The notes under the pieces were generated by a model that saw nothing but the letters and a program-made list of their open reading frames with translations, was not told the DNA's origin and made no database searches. A DNA stretch of 64,000 nt, from the NCBI GenBank assembly GCA_046563655.1, contig CM102286.1:12276001-12340000 (forward strand), read 5' to 3'. This document shows, in pieces, positions 23,771-37,345 of this stretch. Each line of letters opens with the position of its first letter. Positions within the stretch are counted from its first letter, which is position 1. The DNA is from Yuukianura sp. NJ FZ-2021. Lineage: Eukaryota. Both the position numbers and the translations under genes were made by a program.

Positions 23771-26700
23771 TCAAGATGATGAAGATGAAGTGGCGGGTAC
23801 GGAATTGGAAGCGGAAGAAGAGGAAGAGCTGAAATCTTTGACGGCAGATGCAAGTGGTCCCAAGAGGACTTTCCTAGAGAGTCTCATACTTCCGCTAACT
23901 GGATCTCTGCCGTAGTATTTGACCGTCAGTTTCTGACCAACTTCCAGGCCCAGAGCACTCGGATGCATTATCTGAAAAAACAGAAACGGACTGTGTAAAA
24001 TAGACCATCCAAGTATCGATTATTTCTAGTCATCACGCGATAGCAGCCAGAACTACAACCGAAACCACGACTGCAAACCAGAGATCACTTTCCATTAACG
24101 TAGGTTTCATTACGGAAGGATGAGAGTATAGCACGCGCACTTAACACAAACAGGAAGATACAAATTCAACTCAACAGCTTTATAGAGATTCATGATACAA
24201 AGCGTCTGGATACACCAGATGCCGAGTGCCAATTTGGGCTTAATCCGACATCAAACTGATTGATACCTGTGATTTGCGCTAATAAAATAATAAAAAATGG
24301 ATAAAAATAATAAGAATTCTTACTTTGCGATGATCAAGTTGAGAATTGTGCAGTAAGGCAGGATGCATCGTAGGGTAGAGCGTAACCATCACTCCAGTGT
24401 CACGAAGCTCCACGATTGTGGCGCTATAGACACTGCCAAATTCCAGTAATGGTTCCCGTTCTTCTGTTAAAAATAGTTCAATTAGTTCCTTGGCTTCATC
24501 TAAAGCTGCTTGATTCGGAGCGAAGAGATTCCATGTGCTGTCGTCTACTTGCGTCACCTGAGAAAACGACCAGAGTGAAAGGAAACGGGAGAAGAGAAAG
24601 TCAATTAAGTTTTCCATGATATTTGCCTACCTGCACTCCGGTTTCAGACAAGAGTCGTTTTATATTTCGTCCTCCTAAACCTAAGAACTTTGCCCTTTTG
24701 TGGATAGGAATCTCCAATTTCTCAAGTATTGGCCAAGTGTCTTTCTTTTCTGTTCTAAAATAAACAATTAAATCAAGTATGGAGTTGAGTTTCTCTAATT
24801 CAAAGGAAAATGAGATTTCAGTAGAATCTCTCATTGCGAAACATGCTCTGATTGGTTGTTTTGAAGAACAGTTGTATTCAGCTCCACAATTCTTCCAACA
24901 CAACTGTGACATTGCACTTAAGGGCTTCTCAAAGAGTTACCGTAAAACGTCTAATAAACGCCGGTGTCTCATGGGGTAAAGGTTTAAATTTCGAATAAAC
25001 GGGCGGGCGTTGATTGGAAGTTTTACGGTATCTTTCTTTTGTACACAAGAAGTAAGTCTAAGTTGACGTTTTACAGTATGCAACCATCGGAGGCGCAGCT
25101 AAAGGTTTCGTAATGAGAGGCTCTACTGCACTTGCCTTGGTTTGGAAATCGTTTCCTGCATGATAGCTAATATTTGATTTTTGGCTTCCATTCCTTGAAC
25201 TACTGCTTCCATAACTACTTTGAGCGGAAGTCCCGGTACTTTTACATCCGCTTGAAGAGCTGTTATTCCTTTTTTGGTTCCGGCAATCTTGAAATCCATA
25301 TCACCGTAGTAGTCTTCTAAGCCCTGGAGATACAGACATGAGTCTTGCACAACCTCGGGTCGAACGGACATCAAACCAAGTCTATGTATTCAAGGATTCC
25401 AAAAAATATGAGTAGTTACCAAAATGTCAGTCAGAATGCAGTAGTCTTCTAAATGTTTGGTATCGCTGCCTTGAAATCGGGTGATTAAACCAATAGCAAC
25501 ACCCGCTGCTGGAGATGATATTGGGACGCCAGCGTCCATGAGCGCCAAGCTTCCTCCACAAACTGACGCCATTGACGAGGAACCTAAAAAGTTAGGAAAT
25601 ATGCTAACATACTATGTTAAATTGTTTGATATGATGTGTTGCAAGTAAAGATGGCTTTTGGCGTACCGTTGGATTCCAGAACTTCAGATGTCAGTCGAAT
25701 TGTATGAGAAAAATCGTTTGGTACAACGGATTTGAGAGCTTTCTCGGCCAAAGCACCGTGTCCAAGTTCTCGTCTTCCAGGAGCTCCAGTTCGGCCTGTT
25801 TCGTTGGTGGCGTAAGGCGGAAATTCATAGTGGAGGAAGAAATTTTTCTCCTTGAGGCCCCTGAATTGAAAACAAAAAATAGTCACAATATGTTCTTCCA
25901 TAAAAAAAGTTGGAAAATTGCAAAAAAAAATATAATAATACACACTTACCCGGTTATAACAGAAACTGGATCAGATTTTAGAACTGAATCGATTGAGTCG
26001 AAGGCAACAGTACAAAATACTTGTGTTTGGCCGCGTTGAAATAAGGCAGACCCATGAAGAGGTCGGTACAAATCCACCTCGCATGAAACGTTGCGAAGAT
26101 CTTGGTAACCTCTCCCGTCGCATCTAAAAATTCACAAGAAAATTTTATCGCAATTTCGGAATTTAGCGTCAATTGAACATTTGCATTGTTTTTACTTATT
26201 ACCTAACTTTCTCTTCCAGAATCAGTTTTCGGAAAATGGACTTCGTAACATTGCCAAACGCTTTAGATACAACATTTGAATCTAAGGAAGAGTCACTTTG
26301 GGTCAGTTTCTTAATTACTTCGGTTTCAATTTCTGAAACTGCGATTCCCCTCTGAATTTTGTCCAGTTGGAAATTATGAAACAACTTTTCTATCCTCTCC
26401 TGTGCCTCTGAATGCACTAAATCAAGTATCTCCGGAGGAATTTGTTTACAAATGGTGTTTTTTAAATCTCTCTTCGCCTTCCCGTGTTCCTTCTGTAACT
26501 TTTCTATGCACTTTACAATCGACTGACATTCTTTCACTCCAGCTTTGATCGCTTTCAGTAAGTCCTGCTGCAGAACGCTTTCACCATGACCCTCCAACAT
26601 TACTACAAGGTTCTGGGAAGTTGCAGCGACAACTAAGTTCAGCTCACTTTCACTCAATTCTTTCCTGGTTGGATTCACGATGACTTCGTTGGCTACTTGT

Positions 26701-27337
26701 CCTAGTCGAACGGCTCCAACTGGCCCATTCCATGGAATGTCAGAGAGACTCAAAGCTGCCGAGGCGGCGTTGATGCTGAGCACGTCTGGGTCAAACACAC
26801 CATCGACGGCAAGGAGATTACACATTATTTGGGTTTCACATGCATATCCGTCTGGAAATAATGGTCGAATAGAACGGTCAATGAGACGACTCGTTAAAAT
26901 TTCCTTGTCTGATGGACCAAGTTCTCTCTTCAAAAAATTCGTCGGTATTCTTCCAGCGGCAGCATACTTTTGGCGATAGTCCACCATCAATGGAACAAAG
27001 GACGCTCCTGAACTGGAAGGCTCAGTTCTTGCAACTGCTGTAACCATGACTGAAGTGTCTCCCATTCTTGCAACAGCACAGCCGTCCGCCATTCGTGCCA
27101 GTTTACCACTGGATAGAAAGAGATCCCGTCTGTCCAAACGAAAATCAGATAATCAAAATCAAGCAGAGTTAAGAAAATATTGCAATGCAGCTAACAAATT
27201 CAAAACTCGTATTACCCATCTGCAAATTTGACAATGTTTTCCGGAAAGCCTGTATTAATTGAGTATAATCTCCGCGTATGATGCAACTTCAATCGCTGTA
27301 GCTGCCAAACCCTGTTCAAAGCTACAAATGTCATCAT
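23771..27337 (-). CDS. PNPT1: Polyribonucleotide nucleotidyltransferase 1, mitochondrial (PNPase)
   Basis: ATG 27337 with a basic mitochondrial-type leader. RNase PH motifs ([53 protein letters not shown]), KH domain ([10 protein letters not shown]) and S1 domain. Stop 23771. Includes GC-AG intron 24755-25135. Confidence 0.97.
24819..25128. mobile_element. MITE (CAGTAG ends) in a PNPT1 intron, carrying a nested second MITE
   Basis: cagtagaatctctcattgcgaaac / gtttcgtaatgagaggctctactg, 24-bp imperfect TIRs. Confidence 0.75.
24938..25030. mobile_element. MITE family TA-CCGTAAAAC, copy 2 (nested)
   Basis: taccgtaaaacgtctaataaacgcc ... ggcgttgattggaagttttacggta. Confidence 0.8.
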
Positions 27338-28135
27338 CCTATTTAAAAGCAATTTTATAAACGCTGCAAGCCAAGAGCCCGGTATGTGTAAGTCACACTG
27401 TAAATCAGCAAATCGATGACCTGTCTCCAATGTCTTTTAGGTAATATTCAATTAAAAATCACTGAGAAGAGTAATTAATCAAGAATCATAACAAAATAGA
27501 AACTAATTAAACTAAATTACCTAACAACAGCAAATGAATGAAAACAGGAAATGGGAAATAAAACTTAAAAAGAATCCAATGTGATTTTACGTTCCCGCAT
27601 TTTCTTTTGAATTTCGATTTCAAAATTATTGCAAATATAGCATGAATGAAGCATGCTAATATTCAAAGGGTAAACTAAAAGAACTACTAACATGTAAATA
27701 GTATAATAACACAAAAGCCACAAATTATTTACAAAATAAATTTATAATAAAATATATTATGAATAAAATATAGTAAGTAATTGATTTCAACTCTGGCTCT
27801 ACAAAGTTAAAATACTCAAACGCTTATTATGAATTGGCCAATGCCCATAGCGAATAAGGAGATTAGCAACCACGGTGGATGTTTTTGTCGAACCAAGAAG
27901 CGGGAGTTCACTGTTCACTGATTACTTGGGAATTTTTGTTTGTTTTGTTTGTCAAGTGCAAAGTGTCAACTGCTGAGCTGAGTGCTTCAACCAGCGAAAT
28001 ATATGACTTGGTCTTCACTAATTGTAGTTGTGTATCACTTGGTTGCAGGATGAGTATTCCTTTCTGGTCAACAGATTAGCATATGACAATTACGTTGTTT
28101 AGTTCCAAATTAGTGTAAAGAACGTGACAAAGAAG

Positions 28136-29001
28136 ATGGAGGCTGCCGACAACGACTCATCGTCAGTTGAAGTTGACGCTATACCATCTTACGTAGGAGA
28201 CGTGTATGCCGAAGCACTGGTTTTTGGGATTCTCTCAGATGTAGTGGAGGTGCCAGGTAAATCAGCATTGTGCTTTGGCCGGTATTAATAACCCTAGATT
28301 CGTTATTCGTTTCTAAAAAACTAAAAGTTTATACTACGATATTTTATTTATACTTGCAGATGGCCAAACAACAGAAAATGAGTATGATCGGGGGCTGGAA
28401 TTCGTCAACAAAGGCGCTACGACACGGCCGCTGAAGGGAATTCTCATGGATGAGCTGGAAACAATGAAATTGCGCAAATCTAAAACCGGAACTAGGTACA
28501 AGGCTAGGTTGTGCATGATACCCATCAATTATGGGCTATGATATCATGAACGTCAATTGTACTCAGGCTGGCTGATAATTCATTTTTGTAGGGATAAAGG
28601 AGAAGACGATAGTCGCCAACACGATACTGATTTGACAACGAGCTTTAAAGCTACAACGCAATGTGACCGTGAGTGGGAACTGTCCCTCCTCGACCTTAAC
28701 AACAGGGTAGCGTTAATCCAAAATGCAGTTGACGAGTTTCCAACAGAACCAGATCCAGAAGATGAAGACGAAGACGACTTAAGGTTCGATGTGGTTACAT
28801 AACGTTGAGAAACATTAAGTACACACCTTGGATTTGTGTTTCTACAGGATAAAAGACCTACTCAGTAAAAACAACAAGCTGGTCAACATGATTTCTCGAA
28901 CATTGTACAATCCCCGGGATAGTCCATTCCCATCACAACTCGCCACTTCTGCCGAAACATTTATCCGTGAAGTCAAAAGTTACTCATCCGAAGGAAGATG
29001 A
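28136..29001 (+). CDS. Hypothetical acidic protein, 200 aa, 4 exons, no family recognised
   Basis: Exons 28136-28256, 28360-28495, 28592-28783, 28848-29001. All three introns are GT-AG and phase-consistent; 603 nt open from ATG to TGA (MEAADNDSSSVEVDAIPSY...EVKSYSSEGR*). Confidence 0.75.
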
Positions 29002-29051
29002 GGTAGGTTAGTAAATTGAGTTTTCTTTCTTATTTCAACACGTCATTAGAG

Positions 29052-32000
29052 TTACATTAATGTTCTATAAAAGTTGTCCGTTAAACTGTAGATTACAATA
29101 ATTTCTGAACCTTTCACAAAAATTAAGTCGTAGAGGTCATCACAGATTGTCTTTAAAGTCTTCTTATGCTTCGAGTGCCTATGGATCAAACGATATAAAA
29201 AGAAACAAATCAGAGCCAAATCTATTTGTTAACGTTCAAGTATCGAGTTGTTTCCTGAGCTTATGAGACATTAATTAAGTAAGTAGCCGCATAACAAAAG
29301 TTTTATAAATTCTACAATTAACAATACAATAATAGCTTCGATAGAATTCAATTTGCTCATACCTTTCAAGAATCTCGCCCACGCATTTAGTAAACACGTC
29401 TTTGTCAGAAATGTCCAGCTCGGATGTCAACACTTTCACTAAATCACTGCCCACTTCAACTCCAACTATCTCCACACTTTGTGTCTTGGAGATTTTTCTT
29501 ATCGCCTCCGGAATTTGGCCCATCATCTAAAACGAAAAATTTCAAAAACCCAATTTAGTTTGTGAGTTCACGCTATTAACCACATCAAAATTTCAATAAC
29601 GAATATAAACGGCCTTACCATATTCTCTTGTCTGCGTTTCCAATTGGCTGGTTTATCTCTGCTTTCCGTAATCACGAGAGAAACACCTATACAAGGCCCA
29701 GCAGAACTGGAGGGTTGGTGCATTTGCGCTGAAGATTCTGATACTTGGAGAGAGGAACGTTGCGATTCAATTTTCAGGGGTTGAACGTTAGAGTGGTAGT
29801 TCAGCCTGGATTGCACGAATTCTATAATGTCCGGAGTAGAAATTTTCTTCTCCAGAAATCTAAAAAAAAAACATCAATTCAACAATACTAACCATTTTCT
29901 GGTTTTCATAACTAATTGGTACATGTAAAGAAGGCGAAAATATAATTGCCCAATAGTTTGTGTACTTTTACCTTTGTCTCTCCAAATATCTCACACGAAG
30001 ACTACTGTAAAATGACTCGTCTTTCAAAACCACAATGAACGACGCTCCCCACTCAATGCACTTTTCTTCTGCTGTCTCCAGACTCTGAAAACGAAAAAAA
30101 AAAGTTCATCATAGTAACGAGTCGATTAATCGAAAAATAAGCAGCGTATCTTTAGCGTTACCTCTGAACTATCGATGGCAGTACAAGAAATTCCATTTGC
30201 CCAGAACTTTTTTAGCAGTTCTATTTTCTCCTTGGTCCTTGGATGGTGACCAAGTGAACACACTATGACATCTACCAAACTATGGCCACTTCCTTCCTTC
30301 ATGTCCTCCCCTTCACATCCAGCTATCAACAGATCTAGGGACAGACTTATTCCAACTCCACATTGGTCCAGTTCTCTCGCTGCCGTAATCCCTGCCGCTT
30401 CACGAGTTTGCCTAAAGCAGACACAAAAACATTGAATTTCATAACTTTAGTGTCAAAATTATCGAGTTTCCATTATCATTATTATCGAGTGTCACAACAT
30501 CGAATTATCGAGCCAACTCACCTCAAATTCCTGAGAAGTTCATCATACTTTCCTCCAACTGCCACAACGTCAGTGGTTACTCTATTTCGTTTTTTCTTCA
30601 TTTGACAAGTTATTTGGTAGATGAGTCCCGAATAAATGTTGGAACCGAATATCATTGTAGGTGCGACGATCACTTCACACTGTAACAAAGGAAACGTCAT
30701 TTATAGTTAGTACTTTTCAGAATACTGTTTTGTAGGTTATGGATTTGTTCCTCTTACAGGCAATTCAAAAGCTTCAATCAGCTCAATCAAAACTTGAATT
30801 TCGTGTAATCCTTCCTTGATTTTAGATGATGCTGGTCCGTTTCTCTTGACTATACTTTTTAGCATATTGGAAACTTTTGGTAATGGTCCCTGGACATCCA
30901 TCAGAGTAAATAACATGGAAATGAATTGGTCTGGAAGACAAAGGCTCACTAATCTAGTTTGAACTTGAGACTTCACTTGCTTTTCGCTCTATAAAAGTAT
31001 AAATTATAAATTATATGACTTATACATTTTATGTTATAACTAAACTTCAAAAGGATTTGAATAGTTACCTTGATATCCATGAGAATCAACTTGATTTGGG
31101 AATGTAGAGCTTCGTCAATTGAAAAGTGTAGGAGAACAGCATCCAGAAACGACGTGTGTCCTAGACGAATTGTGAAATGCTTTTCGCGCATCCATGGAAT
31201 TTCCTGGAAGATTTCGAAGGCTAAGGACAGTGTTTCAGCCTCAGCCAAGAGACAACCTGTCAAAACAAAGAAAAAAACTTGCAAGTATTTGCAAAATATT
31301 TGTTGCATCAACATCAGCATCTCAATTTCAGCTCACCCTGTCCGTTTGAGATGACATCGAAAGCACATTCGTAGAATTCTCGCGGATGGAAACCAAACAC
31401 CTTCCTTTCTCTGAACACTTTTTCAATGGCATAGCGTTTCATGGTAACTATGCTATTTGAAACAACGTACCGAGCAAACGGTACGCGGAGATCATGTTGT
31501 AGTCCGACCACATTCCCACTATGCGTCATCAGTTGAACTTGAGTTGGTGTGTTTTCGTACAGCGGTAGACGTGGAAGTAGCAGGGGACTGTTGATTTCCA
31601 CTGCTCCATGCTTCATACAAATAGTTTTGATGCTCCTCTTGACACACTGCATCAGTGGAATAGTACGACCGTGTGGGTCCATTTGTGTTCTGAGTATGTC
31701 CATATCATAGGTCATCTCTTCTGCTGCTGAAGCTTGCTGCCGGAAACATGAAGATATTAAATACTTGTACACTTTGCTTTGAGAGTTGGCCAAAGTGTGT
31801 CGGAACATCTCGCGCATTTCGGCTTCTTCCATTTGTGGTGGCGGTAAGTGTTCGGATTGCAAGAGTTCGAGTGACGTCGGCCTCAGTCGTGGATCATGAT
31901 TGAGCAACCATCTACAACAATGAAACAAAAATGTTTTTTGAAACTATCTGTCTCACAGTTCATGTTTTTTTTTAGAATAACTACATAATGAGCTTACTTG

Positions 32001-35000
32001 AGTAGAATTGTCTGCCTAGGCATAGAATGTACATCGAAATCCGAGGGGAATTGCATTTCTCTTTGCCGTAGAGACGTGATGACTCGAATCCTCTCCATTC
32101 CTGTTCCAATTGGCCGATAAATCATTTCAAAGAAAACTATTCCCAAGCTATATATGTCCACTTTCTATAAAACAAAAATTAAGAATAACATGAAGAATCT
32201 TGTAGTTGCTATTGCAACGTCACTCAGCACTTAAAACGTGACAAAAAAAAAGTGTTACCTGGCTGTAGGTGACTTTAGATCCTTGAAGTGACTTTTGTAC
32301 CAGCTCCGGGGCGACATCTGAAAATAGATGGAAAGAAATCAAAACAAAAGTTAAATGTTGAGAAGTGAATCTTACAAAGGGCGGTTCCGACGTTGGTCGT
32401 AAGTGACTCTTCCATTGTGAATTCACTGGGGTTAGTATTAGGCTTAGACGAGGCAATAGGTGTCGGAGTCGGCGCTGCGTCTCCAGTTGCATTTCTGTGA
32501 AAGGAACACGAAGCGATAAATTCCGAACTTACCGAATAGTTGCAGATTGGGAATCATATTGTCTGGTTAAGTTTTTTTCAAAGTAACTTACTTGATGATG
32601 ATATCAGTGGTAGCCAAGCCGAAGTCTCCAATTTTGACATGGTCATTTGAGTCCAAAAATATGTTTACTGGCTTCAGATCCTGTGACCAAAAATAACTTC
32701 TACAATAAGTTCATAACGTCATTTACATAAAAGTACGACATTTAAATCTAATTGGCATATTCGAATACCCTGTGTATCATTCCTTGCTGATGAATGTGCG
32801 ACAGTCCTTCAACTACTTCTCGAAAAAGTCTCAGAGCTCGGTCCATGTCCTGATACAAGTTATCGTCAATTGCAGTTCTAAATCAAGGAATTTAAATATA
32901 ATTTATTAATACCCTCGCAAAAGTGTTAGGAGATCGCATTAAAACAGATTCACACAGAAACAGTAAGCAGTTTCTCACCTCAAGGTGCTTTTCTCGCAGA
33001 ATTCCATTTGAATGTACATGTATTGGATCTCTCTCGCCGTGGTTGCATCAATTTTAGCGTCTGAGTTCGTATTTTGTTTCTTGGCACTCGGCGTGCTACT
33101 GGAAGACGTTTTCAGTCCATCGTTACTCTCCGACGGTGTTGGCGAAGTTGAGTCAGAGCGTGAGTTATCAAAAACAATGTCATCCGAAACGTCCTTGGTG
33201 CACCTAAAGTACAAAAACCAAGTTTTAGGCCACAAAAAATATCAGAGTTAATGCAGCAAGGCATAAACATCAGCAAAGAATTGATTCCTTGTTACATAAA
33301 TGACGTTCCAAACAAATCATCTTCTCCATCAGAACTGCTTTCATCGCTGTCTTCATCATTGAAATCTTGTCCAGCATCGTCTTGAGAGCCCCAATCAGAA
33401 CTTCTGTTGCTAACAAGTTTTGGCGCCAGTTCTTCCAAATTGTCCGTTAGCCCAAGCTACAATAACAAAGAACAAACAGAAGTTCAGCGTGCATTATTGC
33501 ATTTCATGCCTAATCTTTCAGATTGCCAGTAATGTAAGAGATGTTAGACTTACGCTATTCTGAACGTTATTTAGACCAGTTCGAGGTTTAGGTTTGCTAG
33601 GCGTAGTAGGAGCATTACTCGTACACGTACTTCCGTCTGACTCCTCCAAGTCGTCAGGCACAGTTTCTATCCAGGAGTTATAATATCTCACGACGTTTTC
33701 ATGATTCAGTCGAGACAGCAGCTTCACTTCCCGCGTGATCTTCCGGTTAAGTTGTTTGTTCCTTGGGTTAAGCCGAATTCTTTTCAACGCATATATTCCA
33801 CCGTCAAGTTTATTACGCACCTATTGGGGTTATCAAAGATAATCCATCAACTAAATCCATATTTAATCCAATTTTATGTCCAGTATAATACTTACTTTGA
33901 GAACATCCCCAAATCCACCTTTGCCAAGCCAATCCGCAATTTCAAACTCCTCCCGAAGTCGTGAGTGTCCTTTTAGCGTATGAGCCAGGAAGTTGGTGAT
34001 TTCTTCATTATGAGAATCCTTTTGCTCCTGAAGTAAAATAAAATCAAACATTACATGTAAAAGAAACGGTAATGCAAATTAACTTGGATTTCATCTGATT
34101 TTTACATTATCGTCATTTTCAGCATGATAGTTCAGATGGAGAACGTCTTTTCCTTGGCCTATAGGTGTTTTGATAAAAGGATGTTCCAGAAGTTGATGTG
34201 CGGTCCAGCGGGCATTTTCGTTAACATCGATACATCTAATTTCAACAGAAAAAAAAATTAGAAGGGATGTACTAGTTAGCATTCAAAATTTAGTTATTTA
34301 ATTACTTTTTCAAGAAATCGTTGATTTCGGCGGGAAGACCAGACGGAAGTTGTGGAGGGTTTTGGCTTATTCTTTGGCCCTTGAACAAGCTCAGTACGAG
34401 GATTCCAAGTCGGTAAATATCACCTTTCTTAGCACCTCGACCAATGGACGGAGCAAATAAGTCAGGCGTAGTTTCATCTTCGTTTACTAAACGTAGTAAT
34501 TCACTCAACTTTCGCTCAACACCGTAGTCTCCAACCTTCACATCACCTAAACAACACGACAAACTAATATTTACAAGTTTGTATGTAACACCTTTTAGTT
34601 TAGTTTATCAGTTTATGATTGCCGTCTGTTAAACACCTTGCATTGTTATGAACACATTTGTATCTTTCAAGTATCGATGCACGACGTTATTGGAATGAAG
34701 AACAGCCAAAGCATTCAGAATTCCGAGTGCGCAATGGCGAATGAGTGGAACGTCCATTGTAAGATTTCCTTCAAAATATGCTCGTAAGGTCATCCCGCGC
34801 ACGAACTCCTGCAAGGAAGTAAGAACAAAAACGTAGGCTATGCTACGTTTACGTTAGTATAGTTCTGTTTTAGGTTTAGTTTAGTCAAAATTCGCTAGAG
34901 ATGTTTTGCAAATGGTGTAACCTGAGCAGAATAAACGGTGATTGTTGACGGCTTCTTGACTATGGTGGTTCCAATGTAAGATACAATATTGTGGTGGTGC

Positions 35001-36491
35001 AACTTCTGGAAGAGTCTGACTTCGGATTCCAAGCTGAGCAGCTTCACCAAAATGTACAAAAAAAATGAAATCAAAATGGAAAAACATAGAAATTGTCAAA
35101 TGTAAAGGTTATTTACAAAACTTATGATCCAATTTAGTTTAATGCTGAACATGAATTTTACTTGTTTCGATACGAGTTCGTAGTTTTCAGCCTCTTGGGA
35201 GTCCAATTGTTCTGATTTCTTGTCCTTCCGAGAAAAATTGAATTTCCACTCCGACAATGCTGCTAAACTTCCACTCTGACTTTCCATTGCGACATAAATC
35301 TTGTATCCAATACAAGAACCTGAAAATTAAAAAAAAAATCAGTGTCAGAAATATAGTACACAGGCATGTAACTTTAGCTTCACAGTTCTACCAAGTACTT
35401 CTCCAAGCTGGAATGTTAGGGAAGATTTTCCTACAGCGATTTCTATGACTTTGGTTTGATCGCTGAACTTTGAAGTGGGCGAGTACGAGTCACTGTCACA
35501 ACGACTTCTGAAATGTTATGAAGAAAGTGTTAAGATTTGCACTCTTGTAGAGCCAAAAACTTCCTTACCGTCTCAAAGATGAAGACCTTCGGGTATTTAA
35601 CTTTCCTGGAATTCCATCGCCGTCCTTGCAGAAGTCACGGTTGCTAGGAGAAGAACTGAGCTGCGCTTCTTCTGAACTAGCCCTGGAACTGACTAGCATT
35701 TTGAGTTCTTCTTTTCGTGACCTGGCTTCTTCTTTGAGCAATTCCTTCTTCCTCTCAATCTCATATCGAATCCCTAACACTTCTTGCTCCTGAAATTCCT
35801 TTTCTTTCTTTTTAGTATTCTCTTCTTGTAACTGGTTATGAATAAGCATCTCATCGTAGAACGATCCAGTTGGTCGCTTTTGGTGAGTATAAAGGAAATC
35901 CTGCATTTAAAATATTGAAAGATCATGCGTTAGAATCATTACGAGACGCTTTAGTAGTCTTGTTATTCATCGGTGTTACTTGTGTGAACTGTGCTAGGTT
36001 GAGTATCATTTCCTGTCCAATATTTCCCGATGACAGGCGATCTAATCCGTGTTTCAACTCCTCCACCTCTTGAGTCGTTAGTCCTTTCACTTCTTCCACA
36101 GCCATTTTTGGTACACTGGAATTTAAGAATGTGTTTTCAGGTTATCCTATTTTCTTATGTGATGGCATATATTGATGCAAGAAAAACTAAACTTTGCACT
36201 CACATTTTTGGATATCGTGCTGGAATTGTTAGACACAGTAAAACGCTTGTGTTCTGGTGAGCCGATGGACTAACGCTGCATCCACGCTGCGGGCCAAGAT
36301 GGATCTTCAGCACCATGTGGTCCGTGTGCTTCTGCAGCTCTCTCACTTCAGTAATATAAATTGCCTGCAAAACAAACAAGGTTGATGAGGAACCTATTGA
36401 CACTCATTTCTCCAATTTCTTTTGGTTTTAATACCCTAATGACCTCCAATTCATCTTCTTGCCTTTGTTTAAGCTCGTCCTCCGGCGTCAT
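29052..36491 (-). CDS. EIF2AK4: eIF2-alpha kinase GCN2
   Basis: ATG 36491 (MTPEDELKQRQEDELEV, RWD domain), pseudokinase region, kinase (LGKGGFGDV, YALKRI, REVKLLSRLNHENVVRYY, YIQMEFCEKSTLR, IHRDLKP, KIGDFGLA, GTALYVAPE), HisRS-like domain (DLRVPFARY, AVGGKYD). Final exon ends ...YRTLM* at 29052. Confidence 0.96.
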
Positions 36492-37345
36492 ACTTAGGGT
36501 TAAGAAGATAGACAATGTTCGAAGACGGCGAACGTGAATTTAGGACGGCAAACTCCGGAATATGACAGCGAGATGAGTGATTCTAGCACGACGGAACACG
36601 GACAACTTAAACCCTTAAGAACAACAGTCGCTACCTCGCTACCTGCTACTGCGAAAAAAAGAGTATTATAGTTTATTTTATATTTTGGATGTTAAAAACA
36701 TCGTCTGAAATGAATTGGTAATCAATCGGAGATAATATTACGTTTACTTACCCTTGAAACACACTTTTTTTTGTAACCTGATGTTGGTAACGTCCGTTAA
36801 AGCTATTTAGTAAAGTATTTGTCAACTGTTAATTAACTTCTTAGTACCTTAACTAATTTGACAATTGACAGTCAGCAGTTTTTGATTTACACTGACATTT
36901 GATTTGACACGATTTTTGTTTTCCTTTCCTTCGCAAAAAATAAAAACTACAAGATAAAATTCTCTCACGCTTCGCGCCGTTCTCCTTTCTCAGCTGTTTA
37001 CGAAAGTTGACAAAAAATGACGTCCAGAGTGTCCGTCCAATTTCCGATTATAGACGCAATTAATTACGTGAATCTGGAATTTGGATTCTACACAAAAGTT
37101 TAACAGAATGTACGCCGAATAGGAGAGGGAAAGGACTTTATTAAAGGTATACTCTGAAGAATACATTAAAAGACTGATGGACTAAATATATCATTTCGTT
37201 AAAAAACAAAGTTATTCTGTACTTACGAACACACAATTTGTTGTCTGCCATAACCTAAGATGGCTGCCTGTCGTGTGGTATTTCAACTTATTAACCCTCT
37301 AAAAGAAGTGATTTATACGTCAAGGTCAACAAACTGCTTGACGTT

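Noticed and set aside
23771..27337. PNPase as bacterial contamination or horizontal transfer
   Set aside because: It has spliceosomal introns and a mitochondrial-type leader; it is the standard animal PNPT1.
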